From: Amoeboaphelidium protococcarum X5
Lineage: Eukaryota > Fungi > Aphelidiomycota
Length of the DNA stretch: 64,000 bases
Reading direction: 5' to 3'
NCBI GenBank assembly: GCA_023515725.1
Contig: JALDTO010000266.1
Span: 295,345 to 359,344, forward strand
This document shows positions 55,446-64,000 of this stretch, one piece after another. A model generated the notes under the pieces. It searched no databases and was not told the origin of the DNA. It worked only from the letters and a program-made list of their open reading frames with translations. How positions within the stretch are numbered: position 1 is the stretch's first letter; each line of letters begins with the position of its first letter. A program made the position numbers and the translations under genes.

Positions 55446-55858
55446 ACTATCAATATTGATTTATTTTTGAAAGAAATCAAATGTCAATCCAATGTATTGT
55501 AATTAGAACTAAGTGGTTAACCAAAACACAGTCGAATAAAGAATGGAAACTAAGAATCCAGCACGATCAACAACAGACGGGAGGAAAGAAGGAAACACAT
55601 GACGCCGTTGACTGAAGCTCAATGAGAAATCAAAGTGGATCTGGCAAAAACTATTAGTTAATTTTACCTTTATCTTTAATGGAAATAAAAGTTCGCGTCT
55701 TCATCTTGATACTGTACAAGAAATGGCAAATTCCACATTAAAAAGTCTACCAAACAACTCTAACTAAAAGCTTTCGCTCTACATAAAGTACTTGCAGTAA
55801 CGATGCGATTGAGTTAATGACTCGATGTAGTATAGTATATTCATTCCTTTATGTCAAT

Positions 55859-57188
55859 TCAGTAATCCCATTTAATGTTGAAATTGACGTAAGGATAATA
55901 GTCCTTCTCCAACATTATGCCTTGCAGTTCAGATTCATCACCAAGATTATCATCCACTGTGCCATTCTTGGACACCTTGTTCTTATTCGCAGGATCAAGA
56001 TATGCATAATTCTAATACAATATCAGTCTTACTCTACTCTCCATCTTGTTATTGATAGGCTACACATTATTATATTTCATTAAAGAAAAACGATTAGCTG
56101 TGACAAAGACGCAGAAAATACCTTGACGGTGAATATTTAGAAATTAGGAGGCAGACCATAACGCAGGACACCTTCAACAAAGGAGCGGAGAACTTTCAAG
56201 TGGATCCAAGCACTGAAAACTTCACCGAAATTAACTCTGCACAATCTGATAAGAGAATTCTACACTTACAATGCGAATATAGTATCACAGATTTAAGACT
56301 AAGAGGAATTAGACAATAAATTACCTTCAACTCTCGATTCTGAATAGATAAATCAGCCAGTTCCTTCTTATCAGCATCGATTCTAGCTTGATCATACGTG
56401 TATTCTCGAGGTATAAATTTCAACTCTTTCAATTACTATATATACTCCTGCAGCACTCGATTAAAGACAACGACCGAGTATAAGAGATACTCATCATCTT
56501 CGGCAACTTTCTAAGCTGATCTAGGCACAACCATGTTGGCGAGACGTTCATATTTAGACAGAAACTCCTTCTACATCTGCTTCGGTACGGCTACTAGGAG
56601 AGTGGTCATATACTCTGAATCTTGCACAAACTGCTCCTTCCTCACTACGGAATCCAAATTCTTTACCGCAAGTGAGCCAGTCTACTTTCGCTCGATATTG
56701 GCAAGATTGTTCTTCACTGTGTTATACTAGGCCAGTTTGGACTTGATCATGGAGTCTATGGAGTTGACCTCGGCCAGAAGATTATCAGCAATATCCTTGA
56801 TGCTCTTATCATTCCTGTACTTTACCAAATTCCAACTGAATCCGCGCATCAAGTACTAGTCAGTGGAGACATCATTCACCGCCAGAATGGAATTGATAGA
56901 CTGAGAACTGGCGCCACTGCCAACACTAGTGCCACTATTCGTGAACTAGGAGTCCACCAACGACTTTAACGTCTCCACAATCTTCACGGCCTACTATTCC
57001 ACGATGGTATCCATCTTGCCAAGCTCATCTGAAATCACAATCAGAGAGTCCAGAGTGCCAACCTTGAATTCAGGTATTCTCAGATCATTAACATTGGCAG
57101 TCTAATTCAAGATACTCTTCACTTTATCCACCACTTATCTCTTATCCTGGCCCTATGTAGCAGGCAAATTTACCATAAAATACAACAT
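55859..57188 (-). CDS. VMA5: V-type H+-ATPase subunit C, 400 aa; introns 56260-56324 and 56060-56121
   Basis: [74 protein letters not shown]. Confidence 0.96.
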
Positions 57189-57882
57189 TTCTGCTTTATC
57201 CAATTTAAAATTAAAGATTGACGGATTACTTGAAGTATATAAATGCAATGTACCAGCAAAATAATTATAGTAAAAGTTAAGGTGTATCAACGAGAGCACT
57301 ATCTACAGTAATGCCAAGTCAATTCAGTCAGTAAGAGAACTGCAACGAAAGGAAAGGCCGAATAAACGGGGAGAACGCGAGAACAAGAGAGAGCGAGCGA
57401 GAGAGAAAGTTGATGTGTTCAAGTCACAGCTGATCGATTCTATGAAGTAATGTGCTTAATGTGAAGTTTTAATAAAAGACAGTGATAGAGAGGATCTGCA
57501 GTAAGATCGCGTCAACAGTTCAACAGGTATTGATAGAAAAGGGGATAGATATGATACGTTCCAAGCGATTATCCTGCCGGTCTGAAGTTGTGACAACTAC
57601 CTAAGATGAGCATGTAAAAAGGGCCATCACACCGATAGAAAGAAAATTTAAATACAGTAAAGGTTAAAACAACGCGGGTGAATAAATACTACGACTAAAT
57701 GTTCGTTTCGCTCGTCTGAACAAAAGTTCCTAAAGGGGAGATCATCGTGAAGCAGCAGCGAGCAAACTTTACTATTCTGTATTTTACATTTTCGTTAAAG
57801 GCATCACCGATCTACACAACTAATAAATTTAATTCATTCTCTTTAATATTGTCATCAATACGGTTATTAATTCAATATAAAT

Positions 57883-59070
57883 ATGATGTTTGAAGAAAGC
57901 AAGAAGGAGAAGCATAGCAGAGTTATCCAAGAGAGATTGGGCAAGATTGAGAGTGATTTTAATTTGAGGAAGGATCAGCTCTTTTAGTAGGCACAGTCAC
58001 TTTTGCTGGCTGAATTGGATTCTCTTAATGCATCATATGCAGCCTCTCTGAATGGAATTGATGGATACGGCAATGGGCATGGTATTTCGTAATAATAACA
58101 GCAATAGTATCCTGCGTCTTTGGAGAATTCTCATATTCATCCGTTGCTAAAGGCGAGGCACAGGGAGCTTGTCAGACAGTACCATCAACAGGTGAAAGAC
58201 GCCGAGGAGTGGAGAGCGTATTAGCTGGGCGTGTTGGAAAAGATACATAATAGTGATATTCAGTAGATTGAAGCCGAGTACTAGAGTGAGCGCGATGGTC
58301 TTAAGGATCGACTCGTCAAGATGGTGGAGAGTAAACGGAAAAAGTTGAGAGATGAACGCAATAATCTGGCTGTGGATGCTGATCTTAATTCTAGTCTGTT
58401 GGCGTCTTCTTTTATTGTGCATAACAATCATCCTCAAAGCAATGGTAATGGTAATCAATTTGCATCTGGTCAGATCAATGGTGGCGATTCAAGGCCTAAT
58501 GCTGGCGGAGCATGGAATACTAGTAATGCATCATCTGCAGCAACACAGGGTAGAAATGTCGGTAGTAGCTCTAGCAGTGTAGATAGCCATGATCTGAGCG
58601 TAGACTCTGCACTAGCTATTGGTAGATTTGAGGAGGAGAGACGGTTGCTGAGGAAGCGTAATAATGAGGAAATGGGATAGTAGAACCAAATTGGCGCCAA
58701 TTAGTCCCTACTGAATACTGTCTATGATTCTAATCCTTACAGTTATTCATACGGTGAGGCTGGTATTTCTAGTTTCATTTTCAAGGATGAGTTTGGGAGT
58801 GGTGGTGCTGGATTGGGAGGTGCGAATGGGTCCGGTGGTGGTGGTGTTTCTTCTGCCACAGGGTCCTCTAGAAATAAGAAGGGTGGTACAGGTGCGCAGA
58901 TGGCATGTCTTCCGTTCATACTAAAAGACTCTGAGATTATGTCCGATTTTGAAATGATGAATCAGTCCGGAGTCGCGTCTATTGCCATCAATGGATCATC
59001 AGGTGCATACGGTCAGTTGGGTGGTAATAATGCCAAGAAGGGATCGAGCAAACGTATGAGATACAGATGA
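57883..59070 (+). CDS. Sds3-like (Sin3/Rpd3L complex) coiled-coil protein, 395 aa
   Basis: IESDFNLRKDQLF...AELDSL...HP...QIEAEYQSERDGLKDRLVKMVESKRKKLRDER and C-terminal LKDSEIMSDFEMM follow the Sds3/BRMS1 pattern. The frame is open to TGA 59068-59070. Confidence 0.72.
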
Positions 59071-59253
59071 TTTTGGCATGTCTCGTTTACTCCTCAGTAC
59101 AGTGCTGTTGATTGAGTCTACTAAGAGATGATAGTGACACGATTTGTGAAAATGTTGAATATACTGACAATTGATCATGAATTGATAATTTTTTTTCATT
59201 GAATATTTACAAATGAGTTATAAATATAGTAGAAGGATGGAAGATTAGATACA

Positions 59254-61137
59254 TCATTACTGCTAGAGGCAGTATGATGGTTCATCCACCTGACAAATTG
59301 CAGCCCCTACTTTGGCATCGCATCCCTCTTCAGGTGTGGTGATAGCTCCAAATTAGCTCATCTGCAGGCACAATCCACCATAGTTACTTCCTTACCATGA
59401 GTTAATCCATGTTGACTGAGTGACACCACTAGCAGTCGAAACGTTTGCATTGTTGATAGGCTGGGATGGAATAACATTCTCAATGAGGTATAAACGGGTA
59501 TCATTAGAATCGACATTTACCAGACAGTTGCCGTCATAAGATGTACAATTCTACGAGCATGCATTGATAGCATCCTGAAACGTGTAGTCACCTACAACTT
59601 TATAGAAGCATGTTCCATTAGTTGGACTGGTTGAATTGCCGATACAGTTTTGACATACAGCAGATGGACATGGCGCGGTATTGCATGCTTTACTCTCTTA
59701 CAGATCAGATGGACAAGCTTCACCACCCAAGAAAGGGAATCTTATTATCGATCTAGTTCTGGTCTGAGTACCGGAACCACAAGGGGCACTACACTCGGAG
59801 AATTCTGACCATTCAGACACTACGCAGTCTTGTTTGCACTGGTATGGACGAGATACCACAGTGTCACCATTCTCAGTCCAGCTGAACAGCACAGCATTGT
59901 TAGCCAAACCAGTTCCAACCGGAATAGACTAAGTTGCCGATGGAGATGACGCCGAGGGGACAAACGCCTCTCCGATGCGCTCGCCACCCTCAGTAAACGA
60001 TGAGCCACTAATAGCAGAAGCACCACTGCTAGGATTAAAGGTATTGTAAAGAACAACGAAGGTTTAGTTTAGGGACTGCACGACATATGGTCCACTTTCT
60101 ATGAGATTAGTACCTGGATTCACTGCAAAAGGCGCTCCTTGAGGAGCCAGATTGTTGTCGTACAACTGAAAGTTGATCCTCGATACAGAGTCGGATGATG
60201 TAGATGACCAACTGATAACAAACTTGCCATTAGAGAGACCAGCAGCAGACGGGTTAATTTAAACATACTCACTGAATGGATTAACTTGGAACGGAGATCC
60301 GATAGGAACACCATTAGAATCGTACACGCGAGCTTGTACAGCTGACGCGGTACAACCGTATTAAGAAGACCAGGTTATAAGATTAAAGCCAGCAGATATT
60401 CCAACAACCTGCTAAGATGGAGTCACGTTGTCGCCAAGAGTATTAACGTTAAAACTCGACGATCTAGCAGTACCATCACTATTGAAAATTCTAGCATACA
60501 ATTTACCAGCGCCAATTCTACCATCAGTACCAGCATCATAGCTAATCCATGAAACAATAAAGCCATTTCTACCAGAATCTCCCTTCAAAGCAGCTACAGA
60601 AGGGTACTAGTCTTATCTTGTGGAATTAATATCATCATTCACCAAGCTCTCAGGACCTAGAGCTATTCCATTGGCATCAAACAGCTGGAACAGGATTCTC
60701 TCGTACCTTGGAACCGAGGATCCAGGAATCAAGGCAACCGAGCTCTAGTATACAATGACAAACCCGCCATTAGTCAGACCAGCAACAGATGGAATCTTTT
60801 GATCAAAGACCGACACTGAATTTACTTAAAATTGCGGAATGAGTACAGATACAGTTTATGAAGCCTGATCCAGCTGATACACTGTTGCAAAAATACCAAG
60901 ACCACTGCTGTCTTCCCCAGAGACTTGAGCTGCAACAACAAACGCACTGCCAACCTCTGCCTTGCTTCCAACGCCTTTCGAGATATTGTACAGGGCAGTC
61001 GCAGAAGAGGAAGTAGCTGGAAACTGGCCAGACTGGAATACCAGCGTGTTATCTGTAGAACCATAGTTACATACTTCCTACGCGCGAGCAAAGACCGCAA
61101 GAAGTGACGCTAGTATAGAGACAGACTGTATGTGCAT
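59254..61137 (-). CDS. Secreted modular protein: signal peptide, bacterial-type repeats, TSP1 and C-type-lectin-like domain, 627 aa
   Basis: Signal peptide MHIQSVSILASLLAVFARA. About five ~60-aa repeats (FQVN....DQ..PSVAGL.NGGFVI.W.S...AR.FD.NG). TSP1 DCVVSEWSEFSECSAPCGSGTQTRTR...CNTAPCP. CTLD-like TCFYKVVGDYTFQDAINAC...WINSWQGSNYGGLC...AICQ. Confidence 0.85.
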
Positions 61138-61514
61138 TCTCAACTCGCCCGAAATTATCTTCAAAGTACTTAACTTAAAGGATGGATAGATGCAACAAAT
61201 TATAAGAGTTACTAGCAGCAGTAAAGTAAGTTACAGAACTTGAGTTCAAGTGAGTGTCAAGAGCCCACGCGCGTAAAATTTCCTTTTCTAGAGATGTTTC
61301 AACAGATTTTGTTTTGAGATTTGCGCGTGTCATTCTCATTCTCATGCGCGTTTGTTAGTTCTACAGTGCATTTCGTCATCGCGTGTACGCTACCATGTTT
61401 CAACCTTGTAGCTAGCTCTCTCTTCGTTTATTCGTCGCGGTTTGGACAATCTTTCAGACGTTTCATATAATCCTTTGAAGTGTTTCCGCGAAACTTTGTA
61501 TCATTGGTGGTATA

Positions 61515-62286
61515 ATGTCGGTGTTTATTGGAGGGAAGTTGGCTGAATTCACTGCTAACAGAGGTGGCACATTGTAAGTCTTCTAGTTCTGCATACTGAC
61601 CGATTATCAAGTTTTGGGTCATACTTTGTAGTTTTGTTGAGCTGACAATAGTGGAAGTAAGTGAAAATGGAGAAGAGAATATACTGTAGATTGTAAAAAG
61701 TCAACGTTCCATTGCTTAACACCTAAGAGGAGAATTAAAATGTTACTTGGACTGTCCGTTATCACTGAAATCATCTACAGACAGAAAATTGCGATTCTAC
61801 GCGGTGGTGCGTGAAGTATTAAGTCTCGGTCGGTGTCCGGTTTATGGCTACTCCTATTAAGATTACAATCTCTAAAGTGAAGATGATGATCAAGTCGAGC
61901 TCTGCCTCGACGTTGTTTCACCCGTGCTGGATGATTAACTGGACGATCTTCAGTACTGGCTGTTGGGCATAAGTCCTGAATACGAATATTTTAGACCAAA
62001 CGCAGCTCAAGATCAACAAAAATAGACTTGGACGAATTTTTCAAATCGGAGGTATTAATAAATCATACACAGAGGACAGCTTACTATATCATTAATGTTC
62101 CTCAGACAGAAGGATCAAACTAAGATAGACGATTCTATTCTAGGCAATATTGTTCCACATAAAGCTGCTGCGACAAGCTAGCGCGTTCGCACCTCAGATG
62201 TGGACAAAGAGATCAAATAAACGGCTATCGCGCCGTCATCCAAGAAGTAGAAAAATCGCAATCTGTAGCAAGACTTGGTATACTGA
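61515..62286 (+). CDS. Divergent B9-C2 domain protein (MKS1/B9D1/B9D2 family), 237 aa; intron 61574-61631
   Basis: A GTAAGT...actgac...TGTAG intron joins MSVFIGGKLAEF to a frame containing VREVLSLGRCPVYGYS...LDVVSPV...LQYWLLGISPEY...NRRYQQIIHRGQLTISL. This resembles the B9 pattern (GYG...P...WF.G..PE...R......G.V). The CDS is well supported; the family call is tentative. Confidence 0.6.
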
Positions 62287-62715
62287 AGTTATCGAAACGA
62301 AATTTTTAAAACATGCTGTTTCTGTCTAGCACTCCTTCTGGCTACTAAGTCATATTTTGTGGACTGTTCATTTGAGTCATTAGCGTTACGTGGCACCGAG
62401 TGATCGCGTGACCAACCGAAGCGTTCTTTTTCCGGATCGACATGCTCAAACTCGTCTTCACTCTTTTCATTTCTCTTCCTTCTTCTCATCAATCAGCTTT
62501 TATTGTGATCCATCGACAGCAATAAAGCGTTATTTGAGCACCGTTGATTAAATATTTATTGTCACTATTCTATTTGCAATAGTGTCGATTATTCACAATC
62601 TAGCTTACTTTTTTCAATTGAGCTAAGAGAAGGTGTGTGTAATATCCATTTCTTATCGTTGCGTTTGCGCTAAAGATCAGAGAAATTGAATATAAAATCA
62701 TCAAGAAGAATAAGT

Positions 62716-64000
62716 ATGTAAGTGGAAGTAGGTAACAATATAAACAGAAGCGGCGATAATAACGCTTAGCTATCTAATGCAATTCAATTGCCCGTTTCTT
62801 AATCTGCTGTTGTCAGATAGTAATAGTAATAATTATAATAGTAGTAGTAATAGTAAATGTCGTTGTAGTCGAAAGAAAGCTCGTCTTCTTCGGCCGACTA
62901 TTTTTCCGTTTCGTCGGATCTACAAAAGTTAGTGGGCGCCTTCGGTGGCGTAAAATCAATTGATTTATGCAAGGAGTTTATGAAGACAATTTGGACAGCT
63001 AAGGAATCTTCTTTTAAGCTGCAAGCATTTCAGATTATTAATCGCACTAACAATCGCTCCATCTTGCAGAAGCTGGTGGAATTTCGTCTCGCAGAGTTAT
63101 TGAGAGTTTGGCTACGTGATGCTATCAAGAATGATTTTTTGGATTTTGTGAATGTTGCTCTAGATGTGTCTAGAAAATTACCAGTTAATACGGAGTAGGT
63201 AAAAGAAATTGGTAAGGTTGTTAAAGTGTCTCTTTCTAAACACGAAAACTTGGCTATTCGGGATAAAGCTCAAGACTTGCTTTCTTATTGGCTTTCTGTT
63301 GCCGCAAAGTCGTCTTCATCATCTTAAACTCTGTAATCTTAATAACAAGAGGAATAACAGGTAAGTGCAGGTATTGGCCGTGGCGAAGGTAAAGCGGCGT
63401 AATCAAAAGTCTCAGTCAGCACCACATCTTCATCATCTTCATCGTCAGCATTAGCGTCACCCAACTCTCCGACTGAGGTGAAAGGTAAAGTTGCTTCTGC
63501 TAAATACAATGATGTTGATATTTTTAATACACTTGATATTCTTGAACCTCGTAAGAAACCAAAGTTGATGTCCGGTAATGTGCCGTAGAGTAAATAGGTT
63601 GGCTCGGAGAATGTTAATCAGTCCGCAGGATCTTCCTCTGCGTAGTAGTAGTCATAATCTCAATCATAAACAGGATCTAACGCGTAAAAGGGCGCAGTGC
63701 CTGCAGTTCCATACAAGCCTAAAAAGACTGTCCGATGGAAACCGGATAGTTAGCTGTGCACTATTCATGAGATTGAGCGAATTGATTATTATGGTGGTAA
63801 GGCAGCTCAGTCATCTCTTAAAGATATGGATAAGTCTGAAGGTTCTGCTATCAAACGCGGATTTGTCGATGATGGTGGTGATTCCTCTGCACCTCAAGGT
63901 GGTGATATAAAATCGAATTCTGGCGAATAAGTGACATTTTAAGTGGGTAATAATCCTGTCTAGGCTGCTTCAGGTGTTGATGTCAGCTCTTTGTTAACTA
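62716..64000 (+). CDS. PNUTS/PPP1R10 (Ppn1)-like PP1 regulatory subunit, partial (runs off window)
   Basis: A poly-Gln N-terminus precedes a TFIIS-N-like helical domain (LAELLRVWLRDA...LDVSRKLPVNTEQVKEIGKVVK...IRDKAQDLLSYW) and the PP1-docking motif KKTVRWKPDSQLCTIHEIE. Confidence 0.75.

Overview
Gene-dense eukaryotic nuclear DNA that does not use the standard genetic code. TAA and TAG are read as Gln and TGA is the only stop (ciliate-type code, table 6), so the supplied ORF track is badly fragmented. Re-translated by hand, the window holds 27 complete CDS, one CDS running off the right end, and 11 short GT-AG introns (55-79 nt). Recognised genes: LST8, a MAP4K-type STE20 kinase with CNH domain, GLOD4, Nup107, UBA1, KGD1/OGDH, eIF2-beta, mitoribosomal mS45, RPS2, USP48, NAMPT, an HPC2/UBN HUN protein, an inversin-like ankyrin-IQ protein, a small TPR protein, THO2, mitochondrial EF-G1, a (6-4) photolyase, MIX17/CHCHD2, a C2-lipase, SLY1, THO1/SARNP, VMA5, an Sds3-like protein, a B9-domain protein and a PNUTS-like protein. 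The fungus-like proteins, retained animal-shared genes and this code suggest an early-branching holomycotan such as the aphelid Amoeboaphelidium protococcarum (inference). The main oddities are: a 1-kb intergenic array of ~190-bp units carrying paired palindromes; an invariant TGTAG intron acceptor; a secreted chimera of bacterial-type repeats, TSP1 and a C-type lectin; and a ~4-kb degenerate island with copia and RecQ-helicase remnants.
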